Source: Obrimoposthia wandeli (Eukaryota). From it: a stretch of DNA of 64,000 nt. Shown here one piece after another: positions 31,973 to 42,751 of this stretch. Where the stretch lies: the NCBI GenBank assembly GCA_977020255.1, contig CDROCS010002735.1, positions 1-64,000 on the forward strand. Reading direction: 5' to 3'. Numbering within the stretch: position 1 is the stretch's first letter; each line of letters opens with the position of its first letter. A model generated the notes under the pieces. The model was not told the DNA's origin. It saw only the letters and a list, made by a program, of their open reading frames with translations, and ran no database searches. A program made the position numbers and the translations under genes.

Positions 31973-33044
31973 TTGGTTTTTGGCCTATCTCTTGGGAGGG
32001 AGTTATATGAGAAGAATGTTGCTGTTCCATAATTAAATAGAGTGGACGTTGTTTGCTTTCGATAAAAATCCTTCCTATGTATTCACCCAAAATACCAATT
32101 GATAACAATTGCACTCCACCTAACATGAGTACAATCGTGATAGTAGAGCTGTACCCCGCGACAGAGTTACCATAAACGAGAGTTTTAATAACAGTACTAA
32201 TAGCTAACATTAAGGCGATGATAGAAATGGTAAAACCTGCAAAACTGGCTAGTTTCAAAGGTTTAGTGCTAAAAGAGGTTATCCCTTCAAAAGCTAAGTG
32301 TAGTAGTTTGCAATAGCTCCATTTTGTTTGCCCTGCGTGGCGTGGTTCACGATCAAACTTTAAGGTTGTTCGTTTATATCCAGGCCAGGCAAAGAGACCC
32401 TTCATATAGCGTGTTTTCTCTGGCAATAGGTTAATTTGTTTGACTACTCGTCGATCTAGCAACCTGAAATCACCAACATTTTTTGGAATACAAAGATCGG
32501 ATAATTGATTGAGTAACTTATAATATATATTAGCCGAAAAGCGTTTCAGCCAGGTTTCGCCAGTACGCGTGTTTCGTTGCATATCTACAACGTCATAGCC
32601 TTCGCGCCATTTGTCTAGCATTTTGGGAATAAGTGCTGGTGGGTCTTGCAGGTCAGCATCTAATAAAATAACGGCTTTACCTGTTGATTGCTCCAGGCCT
32701 GCGCACATAGCGGCTTCTTTACCAAAGTTACGACTCAAACGTAGGTTGTTAATATCAATTGTAGTGCTATCACCTCTTGGTTGAGCATGAATAGTACGTG
32801 TACTTATAAGAGCTTGATGTAAAACAGTCCAAGAGTTATCAGTACTGCCGTCATCTATATAAATAATCTCGCAGTGTAGGTTTAAGGTATTTAATACCTC
32901 TGTTAGTTTTTGATGACACTCAGCCAGTACTTCAGCTTCATTGTAGTAAGCAATGATAATACTCAAAGTTGGAGTATTATTCGGTGAGATATTGAGCAGC
33001 GCTGAGCTTGCTGGTTTATTAAATTGAGTATTATTTAAGTTCAT
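31965..33044 (-). CDS. GT2 polyprenol-phosphate glycosyltransferase (GtrB/ArnC-like)
   Basis: YNE, IDDGSTD, LSRNFGKEAA, DADLQDPP, GDFRLLDR, GEYIGRIF.ESKQRP. Confidence 0.9.
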   Translation of the reverse strand: MNLNNTQFNKPASSALLNISPNNTPTLSIIIAYYNEAEVLAECHQKLTEVLNTLNLHCEIIYIDDGSTDNSWTVLHQALISTRTIHAQPRGDSTTIDINNLRLSRNFGKEAAMCAGLEQSTGKAVILLDADLQDPPALIPKMLDKWREGYDVVDMQRNTRTGETWLKRFSANIYYKLLNQLSDLCIPKNVGDFRLLDRRVVKQINLLPEKTRYMKGLFAWPGYKRTTLKFDREPRHAGQTKWSYCKLLHLAFEGITSFSTKPLKLASFAGFTISIIALMLAISTVIKTLVYGNSVAGYSSTITIVLMLGGVQLLSIGILGEYIGRIFIESKQRPLYLIMEQQHSSHITPSQEIGQKPNE

Positions 33045-33334
33045 TAGTTTTACTTTACCATTTACCAATATTGGTAGTGCTTTTTTGTAACAGACCTTTA
33101 ATTAAGAAGAGCTCTGCTCATTCTGGATGAGCCGTTATTCTTAATAATCTGCTTAGTCGAATTCACATTGAATGACCTGTTCATAGTAGAAATTTGCTTT
33201 GCAAAGCATAACTATAAGAGGCCTCTAAAAGTTTATGCGGCTAGAGTAATATTGAGTACGTCGAAAAAAAGTGAAATGATCTAAGTTCAAAAAGAGGAAT
33301 ATAAAAAGTAAAGAAGCTTGGTATGAATACAGGG

Positions 33335-33751
33335 CTATTTGAAAACCCAGCACTTTGACAGGGTATAGTTTAAAAACATAGACAGTAAAACACCTGGGAT
33401 GATGGCGATAACCGGCATTTTTTCTGCCCAAACAAAATGCTCTATAAGCAGCATGTAACATAGCCAATTTGGTATAAAACCGATACAACTAACACATAAA
33501 AATAATAGCCACTGGCGACAGCTCGCCTGCCTTTTTTCGCAGTGTTGCTTGCTTGTATGTTTGAAAGTAAAGTTACGATTTAGCCACCAATTGGAGCTGG
33601 CAGCAATCCAAAAAGAAAAGGCTCTTGCAATCGGTAAAGGTAGGTATACCGCAAGCAGGACTAGGCTAAAAGCGTCGACGCAAAAGCCTATACTGCCTAC
33701 ACATGCGAAACGCACGAAACGCCAATTGGGTTTTATTAGTCTATAAATCAA
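33335..33751 (-). CDS. GtrA-family flippase
   Basis: RFVRFACVG, SNWWLNRNFTF, LNYTLSKCWVF. Probable TTG start at 33751 after AGGA. Confidence 0.85.
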   Translation of the reverse strand: MIYRLIKPNWRFVRFACVGSIGFCVDAFSLVLLAVYLPLPIARAFSFWIAASSNWWLNRNFTFKHTSKQHCEKRQASCRQWLLFLCVSCIGFIPNWLCYMLLIEHFVWAEKMPVIAIIPGVLLSMFLNYTLSKCWVFK

Positions 33752-33761
33752 CGCGATTATC

Positions 33762-35012
33762 CTAATAACTAGCTCTGCGAAAGTTAATAGTGGATAAGTA
33801 CTGATTTTGTTTGCCAATACCTGAGCTAAAAGACCAATCATGAGATTTACAAAGATCTTCAACAATTTGTAAACCAAAGCCGAAGTGTTCAGCGGTATCA
33901 ATGCGTAATTGATCGATATCATTGTAGATATACAGCTTATCTGTTTTTAAGACGATGGATATGCTGCCTGCACAGTAATTAAATGTATTGCGCAGAATGT
34001 TTTCCAAGATGAGTTCAAGCATTTTTTCATTACATGCAATAGGTAATGTTTGTAAAATATCTAGAGTAATATTGATGCCTTTTATTTGATACTCTTTATT
34101 GTACGCCTCTGTTTTCTCTCGCAAGATCGTTGCTATATCAACATTGCTGGTCATGGCCGGGAGACTATTCTTTGTTCCAAGATAGAGGAAAGTTTCAATG
34201 AGTAACTCCATTTGTGTATTTGCAATAGACATCCGTGATAATGCTTGTTCTTCTATGTGTTTTGAAGCTTTGGTATCATGTTTTTCACGGCACACTTTTG
34301 CTAATTCTAAGGACGATTTAATAACAGCAACGGGGGTCCTTAATTCATGGCTAACATAAGCAGAAAATTGTTTTTCTCGCTCAATTACCTGATTGATCTT
34401 TAATAGTGTCCTTGCAAAAGCGTCGCTTATTTCGCCAAATTCGTCATTACGATCTAAGGGTTCAAATACTGGTTGATTCGGGTCTGTATCTGCTATTCTT
34501 ATTGATAACTCCCGCACAGGGCGAGATAAGTTTCTAGCGAGTAAAATTCCGACTAAAGAGCCTATTAAAGTTACGACTAGAGATATTAAGGCAAGTATGA
34601 GTTGTACAGGGAGTCTATTATTATCCAACACATCGCCATTAGCGGGTACGTGAACTAAAAAAACTTGCCGTGTTTCATTATCTATTTGTAATAAAATTTT
34701 TTCTAGGTGTGTCTCTTCTTTATTATCTTCATATAACCCAGTTGGCAGTGCGAGCCATTTAGCAGGGATTTCATCTCTATTCTCTAGTAATACTTGAATG
34801 CCAAATAATTCATCTATTTTAGATAAACTTCCCGTTTTCTCAAAATTTGCAACCAATTTTTGACTCTGCGCTTGTAATAAATCTTCGCGCACTTGGTCGT
34901 CTGTGCTTTCAATCGTTGTCCATATAAGGAAACTAAATAGGCCACTTAGAAACGCACTAAAAATAATGAATGTTAATGTGACTTGACGCCTAAAATATCG
35001 AAAGTAATACAT
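33762..35012 (-). CDS. Sensor histidine kinase (ColS-like)
   Basis: Two TM segments, HAMP, VSHELRTP, ENILRN, GFGL.IV. Confidence 0.9.
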   Translation of the reverse strand: MYYFRYFRRQVTLTFIIFSAFLSGLFSFLIWTTIESTDDQVREDLLQAQSQKLVANFEKTGSLSKIDELFGIQVLLENRDEIPAKWLALPTGLYEDNKEETHLEKILLQIDNETRQVFLVHVPANGDVLDNNRLPVQLILALISLVVTLIGSLVGILLARNLSRPVRELSIRIADTDPNQPVFEPLDRNDEFGEISDAFARTLLKINQVIEREKQFSAYVSHELRTPVAVIKSSLELAKVCREKHDTKASKHIEEQALSRMSIANTQMELLIETFLYLGTKNSLPAMTSNVDIATILREKTEAYNKEYQIKGINITLDILQTLPIACNEKMLELILENILRNTFNYCAGSISIVLKTDKLYIYNDIDQLRIDTAEHFGFGLQIVEDLCKSHDWSFSSGIGKQNQYLSTINFRRASY

Positions 35013-35015
35013 AAT

Positions 35016-35693
35016 CTAATTATTACCTATACTGAGTTTTATTCCCTTACCGTGTACTGTTTGAATATAAGCTTGGGCAAAAGGCTTATCAATTATTTTT
35101 CGTAGCTGATATATATGGCTACGCAGAATGTCAGTATCGGGGAGATCCTCCCCCCAAATTCCATACTCTAAATCATCTCGTGATACTATTGCAGGGGAGT
35201 GCTTAATAAGAGTGAGTAATATCTGGTACTGTATTTTATTGAGGTTCAGAGTTAGCCCGGCTCGAGTGACTAAACCCGTTTGCGTATTCAGCTTAAGATC
35301 TAAAAAACTCAGTTCTCCAATATCTTGGCGCTTACCTCGCATATGCAAAGCAAGTAGACGGCAATGTAACTCAGCCATTGCAAAAGGTTTGGTTAAATAA
35401 TCATCAGCACCAGCTTCAAACCCTTTTATCTTATCCTCTAGGTCTGTTCGTGCCGTTAGAAAAATCGTTGGAATTTGGCACTGGCAACGCTGTCGTAGTT
35501 GTCTGCAAGTTTCAAACCCATCTATTCCTGGCATCATTACATCCATAATAATAACATCATAACTGGCGCGCTCAATTAAGGTAAAACTTTGTTTTCCGGT
35601 ATTGGCATGGTCAGTTAGTATGCCATTCAACTCTAAATAGTCGCATATATTACCCGCTAGCTCTAAGTTATCTTCTACTAGAAGTATACGCAT
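35016..35693 (-). CDS. OmpR-family response regulator (ColR-like)
   Basis: ILLVEDN, MDVMMPGIDG, GADDYLTKPF, LRSHIYQLRK..TVHGKG. Confidence 0.92.
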   Translation of the reverse strand: MRILLVEDNLELAGNICDYLELNGILTDHANTGKQSFTLIERASYDVIIMDVMMPGIDGFETCRQLRQRCQCQIPTIFLTARTDLEDKIKGFEAGADDYLTKPFAMAELHCRLLALHMRGKRQDIGELSFLDLKLNTQTGLVTRAGLTLNLNKIQYQILLTLIKHSPAIVSRDDLEYGIWGEDLPDTDILRSHIYQLRKIIDKPFAQAYIQTVHGKGIKLSIGNN

Positions 35694-35697
35694 TGTA

Positions 35698-36681
35698 TTA
35701 TTCTCCTTGTGGGTTGAGTGTGGCGATATAGCTTGCTAAATCACTTATCTCTGTTGTTTTCACCTGCTTGGACAAGTTACTCATCATAGCTCCTTTATCA
35801 GAACTTTCACCTTTTCGCAGGCCGTTTTTAAAACTATAGAGTTGACGCACAAGATAGATTGGTGAAACCCCAGCTATATTTGGAGCAATAATGCTTCCTT
35901 GCAAAGATGCGCCATGGCATGCATTACAGGCGTATTTAGTGCTGGCTTCTTTTCCGCGTTTGATGCTGCCCGGTTCAACATAGGCTGTAAACCCTGTAGT
36001 AGGTGATCTTTTTTTAACCTTCAAAATATCTGCAGGAAGTTCAATTATGCGTTGATTAATGTCTTCTAGAGTATTTTTAGTACCAGGATATGCATCGGAG
36101 TTTAAAATTCTCATACGGGTATTATCTACAATTGTTTTCGGCACCTGCATTTGTTCAATTACATCATACCATTTGATTGGTTTTAAAGTGGCGAACCAAT
36201 CAGCTATTTCCTTTGTTTCAGATAGTGTTATTAACGGTGCCATACGATTCATATGCCCACTATAATCTACACGGTCACCCGTTTTAAAAGCTTGCATTTG
36301 CTTTTGCATGTAATCACTTGAGAGGCCTGCTAATCTTGACGATTCAGGGTGTCCCATACCCGAAGCTAAATGGCAAGAAGCGCATGCCCATACCTTCTTT
36401 CCCTTACCGAATTGCACGATAGTAGGGATTGGTGAAAGAGGGTTTGGGAACCAAATAGGTGCTGAATTTTTATTATCTATTTGTTCGAAACTATATGATT
36501 TTTCACTACCTTCTAATTGTTGTGTTTGTGAACCTTGTGGTTCATTCCATTTTATAGAACTACGCTGGGGAGTGCTCCATTGAGGAGCTGTAACTAAGCT
36601 ACCATCTGCATAAGCGCTGTTTATGTTAAACATTGTGCTGGCTAGAATAAAACCGCCTATTAAAAATGTTTTATTTGGCAT
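35698..36681 (-). CDS. Periplasmic diheme c-type cytochrome
   Basis: Signal peptide; two CxxCH motifs (CASCH, CNACH), each followed by P.LAG-like..Y..Q. Confidence 0.88.
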   Translation of the reverse strand: MPNKTFLIGGFILASTMFNINSAYADGSLVTAPQWSTPQRSSIKWNEPQGSQTQQLEGSEKSYSFEQIDNKNSAPIWFPNPLSPIPTIVQFGKGKKVWACASCHLASGMGHPESSRLAGLSSDYMQKQMQAFKTGDRVDYSGHMNRMAPLITLSETKEIADWFATLKPIKWYDVIEQMQVPKTIVDNTRMRILNSDAYPGTKNTLEDINQRIIELPADILKVKKRSPTTGFTAYVEPGSIKRGKEASTKYACNACHGASLQGSIIAPNIAGVSPIYLVRQLYSFKNGLRKGESSDKGAMMSNLSKQVKTTEISDLASYIATLNPQGE

Positions 36682-36797
36682 AGTGAATTCTCTCATTGTA
36701 TAAATTTTTGATTAGAAAGCGGGTAGAACAATAGTTAAATCGTTGATACCACCTGCACTGCAATACCTAATGGCGGTAGGGTGGGGAGGTAATATCT

Positions 36798-39050
36798 TTA
36801 GTTAGTTGGTGGAATAACAATTGGAGGGTTTACAACCTCAGCAGCCGCAGCACTTAAAGGCATCAGCAGCGAGGGGTGGATATCTTTAGGCAATTGTACT
36901 TCAACCTTGCGTTTAGCAAACTCGATGTTATTTTCAGCAAATATTTGCTGTACTCTTAAGTAAACTTCCTTACGTATCATAAACTGCCCACCGGGTTTGC
37001 AGGTGAATTTCCCCCTAATTAGCATTCCTACCTCATCGACTTCTAAAACACCTTGGCTTTTAAATGGTTCGATAAAGTCTTTTCCTAATTCAGGGTGGGC
37101 TAATAACTCTTTACCCAACGCTTTGAATAGCTTTTTAACTTTATTAATATCAGTGTCGTGTGGCACTCGAAAGCGTAATTTCATAATAACCCAATCACGA
37201 CTGTAGTTTGTCAAACTTGGAATTTCACCATAGGGGATGGTATGCAGAGCACCGAGGTGATGTCTTAACCTTAATGAGCGCAAAGCGATTTTTTCAACAG
37301 TCCCCATAGTACTACCAATAACAACGTACTCTCCCATGCGAAATGCGTCATCTATGAGGAAAAAAACGCCTGAGACAATATCCTTGACTAACGTTTGTGC
37401 GCCAAAACCAATCGCTAAACCCAGAACACCAGCACCCGCTAATAATGCAGTGGTGTTAAAGCCGAGAGTTGATAGCGCTCCAATTATTGATAAAACAAAA
37501 ATAAAGAAGGCGATAGTATTTTTAATAAGCGGCAATAGTGTTGCTGTACGCGAAAGGCCTTGTCCACCTTCTGCATCCATTGCTTCTTCGTCTATATCAG
37601 GGAGTTCTCGTGCTAACTTTCTTTGTATGAAAACATTAACTATTTCCCAGCTAATTAGACCGAACAGCAATACAATAGCCGCTTCAATGACTCTTGTTAT
37701 TATGACTGCGGCAAAGCCTTGCGTACTAAGGCTAAGGTAATCGATACCCCACAGCAAAGAAAATACAAAGACTAAACTCATAAAGGTCAAAATTCTTGCA
37801 ATGCGTAAAACACTGGCTTTTAAAGATAAGTTGAGTTTTTGCTGAGTTTTAGATTGATTGATATTTAACGGATTTTTACTGTTCACAATTGTAATAATGA
37901 CGATATCAAAGAAAGGCACGGCGAGTATCGCGAGCATAGTGAATGTGGCTGCATAGACTATATCATCATCAAATCCAACATTAGCCACGACTATTTCTAA
38001 TGTAAGCCAAACAATAACAATACAAGAAATCACAATAGACGGCCAAATATTGGCAAATAGGATACGCTGTTTGCTATTACCTGATTGCGTATGCAATAGC
38101 GTTTTCTTAATACCCTCTCTGCTTAAATAGACGGCAACGATCATTGCAATATAAGATAGTATGCTGGTCCAAAAGCCTAGTTTGTACAACCCTTGGGGTA
38201 TTCCGAGTTCTTTAAATAAGTCGACAAAAAGGCCCAAAGCAGAGAACAAACTAACGATTACCAAACGGTTAAGTAAGCTGGATGCTAATGTATCGTCTAT
38301 ATTGAATAAACGCAGTTGAGGATGCTTAGGAGCAAAGAAAAATGCACAGCCAATATAGGTTAAACGAGCAATCATTGTGTAATCCAAAAAGGCATGTGCT
38401 GTTAACAAAAAGCTAGTTTGTTTAAAAATAAAAGGTAGTAATAAAGAGCAGACAGTGTAAAAAACACCTGCTCCTATTAATCTAATAAAAGCAATTTTAC
38501 CGAGTGACGCAAACCTTCCACTGCTTAATATCTCATCGTTTGAGCTTGTATTTGAAATTTTTATGCGTGTGACTCTTTTGAAGATAAGCTCAATAGCAAA
38601 AGCGGCAGCCACCAACGCCAATAATTGGAAAGCCGCATTTAAAAAACTCATAGGCTCTTTGAATTCACTGCTATAGACAGAGACTAAATGATCATAAGCT
38701 TTTTTAATATCCAGGATTTTTATAAACGCATCTTGGAAAGCAAAAAAGGTGTTGATTAGGCTCTCTTTTATTACTGAAAATACTGTTAAATCACTTGTAT
38801 TACTTTGCTCGCGTTGTTTGTTTTTTAGTAGTTCTTCGCGCAGTAACACTCTTGCTTGGTTATCCGATAATATTGATAGTTGCTGGTCAACTGTTTTGTT
38901 TTCATCAACCGACTCACTATATATAGGTTCGCCTGAGGTTAGCTCGTTTGAAGTAGCTTCTGCAGCAAGCCATGTCGATAAGCATAAGAGTAGCGCAACA
39001 ATTAAATACTTTAAAAGGTTAGGGTGTAGGCTGCTTTGAGAGTTTGTCAT
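36798..39050 (-). CDS. Large MscS-family mechanosensitive channel
   Basis: LLAGAGVLGLAIGFGAQTLVKDIVSG, GTVEKIALRS, TIPYG; long N-terminal multi-TM extension. Confidence 0.9.
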   Translation of the reverse strand: MTNSQSSLHPNLLKYLIVALLLCLSTWLAAEATSNELTSGEPIYSESVDENKTVDQQLSILSDNQARVLLREELLKNKQREQSNTSDLTVFSVIKESLINTFFAFQDAFIKILDIKKAYDHLVSVYSSEFKEPMSFLNAAFQLLALVAAAFAIELIFKRVTRIKISNTSSNDEILSSGRFASLGKIAFIRLIGAGVFYTVCSLLLPFIFKQTSFLLTAHAFLDYTMIARLTYIGCAFFFAPKHPQLRLFNIDDTLASSLLNRLVIVSLFSALGLFVDLFKELGIPQGLYKLGFWTSILSYIAMIVAVYLSREGIKKTLLHTQSGNSKQRILFANIWPSIVISCIVIVWLTLEIVVANVGFDDDIVYAATFTMLAILAVPFFDIVIITIVNSKNPLNINQSKTQQKLNLSLKASVLRIARILTFMSLVFVFSLLWGIDYLSLSTQGFAAVIITRVIEAAIVLLFGLISWEIVNVFIQRKLARELPDIDEEAMDAEGGQGLSRTATLLPLIKNTIAFFIFVLSIIGALSTLGFNTTALLAGAGVLGLAIGFGAQTLVKDIVSGVFFLIDDAFRMGEYVVIGSTMGTVEKIALRSLRLRHHLGALHTIPYGEIPSLTNYSRDWVIMKLRFRVPHDTDINKVKKLFKALGKELLAHPELGKDFIEPFKSQGVLEVDEVGMLIRGKFTCKPGGQFMIRKEVYLRVQQIFAENNIEFAKRKVEVQLPKDIHPSLLMPLSAAAAEVVNPPIVIPPTN

Positions 39051-39377
39051 AGTATTAAATTCTTACATTTTAGTTAAGCAAAATATTACCTCCTAAGATG
39101 TGTAAAGAATGTGAAATTAATGTTTCTTTAATGAAATTACTATTTTTTACATAATTTTCACAGATGAGCTTATAAATTGGCATTTCAAATCATTACGATC
39201 CGGTTAAAAAATACCAGCTCTCAAATTCATTGATTTTGGTTTTCTGTTATCACTAACCAATCTTTTATCAACGAGATGCCGCTTTTTTTAATGTAAAACC
39301 TACAGGCATACAGCACAAATGATTTACTCGTTCGCCATTGATTAAAAAAGTAACCGTCAATTTAAAAGAGAAAAACT

Positions 39378-40530
39378 ATGCGCTATTTGCTCACTATAAT
39401 GATTGTGCTTATTGGGGCTGATGAATTGCACTATCGCACCTGATAAACCCTTATACAGATCATCAAGCTCGCTGCCGGGATATCAACAATCTAGCTTTAT
39501 TGAATACCAACGTGAAACAGTTGAATGGCTTGAGCAAAATAGGGTATTTGTCAGTGACAACAAGGCTGATGAAATAGAGGCAAATTCGCCGTTTGAATTA
39601 AAACCCGAGGAAAAGTCTAATAGAGGTATTTTATTAGTGCATGGACTCGCGGGGTCGCCTTTCTATTTTAAAGATGTAGCGAAGGAATTAGTAGATAAAG
39701 GGTTTGTGGTACGTGTCATGCTGGTGCCAGGGCATGGCAGTAGGCCTGCTGATCTTAAAAGTTCGACGTTGAAAAGCTGGGAACAATCAGTACAGCACCA
39801 AATTGAGCTCTTTAAAAAAGAGGTTGGTGACTTATGGTTGGGTGGCTTTTCAACAGGTGCGAATTTGGTTACATCATTAGCAATCAATGATTCTGACATC
39901 TCGGGGTTATTATTATTTTCCCCAGGTTTTAAATCAAATAGAAAGGGGCTATTTCTAGCTCCCCTAGCGAGTGTGTTTATCGATTGGATTGATATTGATG
40001 TTCCAGTGGGGAACTATACCAAATATGAGTCATTAACCGTTCAAGCAGCTGCTAATTACTATTTATCAGCGCAGCGAGTTGTTAAAAGATTGAAACAGCA
40101 TAATTATGATAAACCTGTACTAATGACAATTAGTGAAGATGATATCGTCATTGATCCCATTGCGATTTACGAGCTTTTTAATCAAAATTTTATTCATCCT
40201 GACAGTCGTTTGATTTGGTACGGTGACGAGCAGTCATTTACTGATAAAAGGGTGATTTATCAAACTAAGAATATCCCATCTATGAATATCAGTACTTTTT
40301 CTCATATGAACGTACTGTTCTCTCCACAGAATACTTTTTATGGTAAAGCGGGTGGCTTTCGGTTTTGTAGTGCACAGTTAACAGCTGAAAAATTTACAAA
40401 ATGTAAATCTGGAAAAGATACTTGGTATGCAGAATATGGTTACAGTGAAGCGGGACGGATATATGCGAGACTATCGTGGAATCCTTATTTTACAAAATTG
40501 AGTGAGCAAATTGATAGCACTGTAAACTAA
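39378..40530 (+). CDS. Alpha/beta hydrolase (esterase/lipase); the true start is probably frameshifted
   Basis: LVHGLAGSP, GHG, GGFSTG nucleophile, His in FSHM. ATG 39378 lies one base out of frame across the GGGG at 39414-39417. Confidence 0.8.
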
Positions 40531-40823
40531 TGTAATATGTTGATTTTTATTAAAACTTTACAGGTAAAGTACTTGAGTCTTATAAGCATTCGCCAGAGTA
40601 AAAACAAAGCACTATTCTTTGCTGCATTGATAAATAAAGTGGTCTATTAGAGGATGTCATCCAGTGAGCATGGATATTGATAGCGTTAATGTTTTCACAT
40701 TTATTCTACATTAAAAGTTGTTTAATGCTAATTCAAAAAATCAGGGTGTTCTTCTGAACTTCAGTTTTATTTAAATAAGCTTAAATTAACAACCCTAATT
40801 GTTTATAGTATACAGGACAGCTA

Positions 40824-41580
40824 ATGCTAGTAAATATGCCAGTAAAAAACAGAACTATTCTTCTTTCAATGCTACCCATTATTTCTTTCGTTTGCATATT
40901 GATTTTAGTACTTAATGAACTTAAAGATACAGGGCAGGGAATGAACCGAATATACGTTGATAGGGTAGTACCTTTAAAAGATTTGAAGGTGATATCCGAC
41001 GATTACGCTGTATTGGTAATAGATGCCATTAACAAAGCGAACGCTGGGATGTTGACCGCACAGGAGACTGACTTAATTATTGCTTCCTCCCAATCAGAAG
41101 TTTCTGAGATGTGGCAGCAATATATGGCAACTACTTTAACTGAAGAAGAGATAAAGCTCGCTAGTGAAGCTAATGAGCTATTTGTTGTTGCTAACTCGGC
41201 AATAGAAGTTGTCCATAAAAAAATTAAATCAATGACAGGTAATATAGCGGGCCAACTCAATGAGTTAGATGGAGCACTATATGCATCTGTCGATCCTATT
41301 AGCAAAAAAATAACTGAATTAATAAATCTACAATTTCGGGTAGCCAACGCGGAACACGATTTAATCATTGGAGAGTATGAATACTATATGGCGATATTGA
41401 TGTATTTAGCAACAGGCGTCATAGCGATATTAATTCTGTTATGCCTCGTGTTTACTGCCCATAATTGGCGCCCTTCAATGTATTCGTAACATCATTAAAG
41501 CGATGTCATTGAATACGAGCTATCAATTGGAATTAGCAGTAACAATGAGCTTTCTGTCACCACCCGCGTTTTTATAATAT
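40824..41580 (+). pseudogene. Truncated MCP (four-helix-bundle sensor plus degraded HAMP)
   Basis: RIYVDRVVPLKDLK..DDYAV 4HB_MCP motif and TM2, then a frameshifted HAMP-like ELSIGISSNNELS..; no signalling domain. Confidence 0.75.
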
Positions 41581-41846
41581 GACGAGATGCGTGGAGTGGC
41601 CAGATAAGTCCTATCACTTACGTTATTGAATTAAATACACAGATGATATTATTCAAATAGAGGATGTAATTAATCTGCAAAATATCGATAAAATGCCTCA
41701 AACCTCTTCTCTGCATTAAGATTGTAAATTGACTCTTTTAATATGCTTACTGTTTTATCTAGCTAGTGGCTATGTTAAACGCTATTCTTGCGCCTATTAC
41801 GTTTTCCTACCTTCTTATGCGCTGCAGCGTTATCCAACAGGCACTT

Positions 41847-42746
41847 ATGTTTCTTAATTATTTCAAACAAATACCTTTAGGTATTCGATATATCGTGCTT
41901 TCGGCACTCGGTTTTGCCTTAATGACGAGTTTTGTGAAGTTAGTAAACAACTATCATATTCCAGTGTTTGAAATTGTTGCTGTCCGCTCCATTGTCTCGC
42001 TAGTATTAAGCTATGCAGATATTAAGCGTAAGCGAATACCTGCACTGGGACACAATCATAAATTACTTTTCGCTCGTGGAGCTGTGGGGACTGTCGCGTT
42101 GATGTGCGTTTACTTCTCTGTGACAACTCTGCCACTTGCCGAGGCGACAATTCTTCAGTACGTCCATCCTGTATTTACAGCACTGTTAGCGGTTATTTTT
42201 CTTAAAGAGAAAGTGCAAAATTCCACTCTTGTTTGCATAGCGCTGTGTATCTTTGGTTTGGTTACGATTGTTGATCCTAGAACAGCCTTTACCATTAACG
42301 CTAACTTACCCTTGTTTAGTGTGCTATTGGCATTGCTGGGAGCATTTGGTAGCGCTGTTGCTTATATTATTGTGAAGCAACTGAGTAAAACAGAAGACAG
42401 CTCAGTGATTATTCTTTATTTTCCGATGGTTGCTTTACCACTTTCGCTAATTTTGTTGGGCTCTGATTTTGTGGTGCCCAGTGCAGAAGCGTTGATGCTG
42501 ATGATTTTTGTTGGAGTCTTCACTCAAATAGGACAACTGGGGTTAACCAAAGCACTCCAACATGAGGTGGCCAGTAAAATAACGGCTTTTTCTTATATTC
42601 AGGTTGTCTTCGCGATGATTTTAGGAGCTGTTATATTCAATGAATCACCTTCTTTCTGGACTTTGATAGGCGGTGGTCTTATTCTCAGCGGGGCATTGGT
42701 TAATGCTTTGGGGTTATTTGATGTGAAGTTAAAGAAGAGGGGTTAA
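41847..42746 (+). CDS. DMT/EamA-family transporter
   Basis: Ten TM segments, RGAVG..YFS..LPLAEAT.LQY..P.F, duplicated EamA pattern. Confidence 0.88.
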   Translation: MFLNYFKQIPLGIRYIVLSALGFALMTSFVKLVNNYHIPVFEIVAVRSIVSLVLSYADIKRKRIPALGHNHKLLFARGAVGTVALMCVYFSVTTLPLAEATILQYVHPVFTALLAVIFLKEKVQNSTLVCIALCIFGLVTIVDPRTAFTINANLPLFSVLLALLGAFGSAVAYIIVKQLSKTEDSSVIILYFPMVALPLSLILLGSDFVVPSAEALMLMIFVGVFTQIGQLGLTKALQHEVASKITAFSYIQVVFAMILGAVIFNESPSFWTLIGGGLILSGALVNALGLFDVKLKKRG

Positions 42747-42751
42747 GGATC

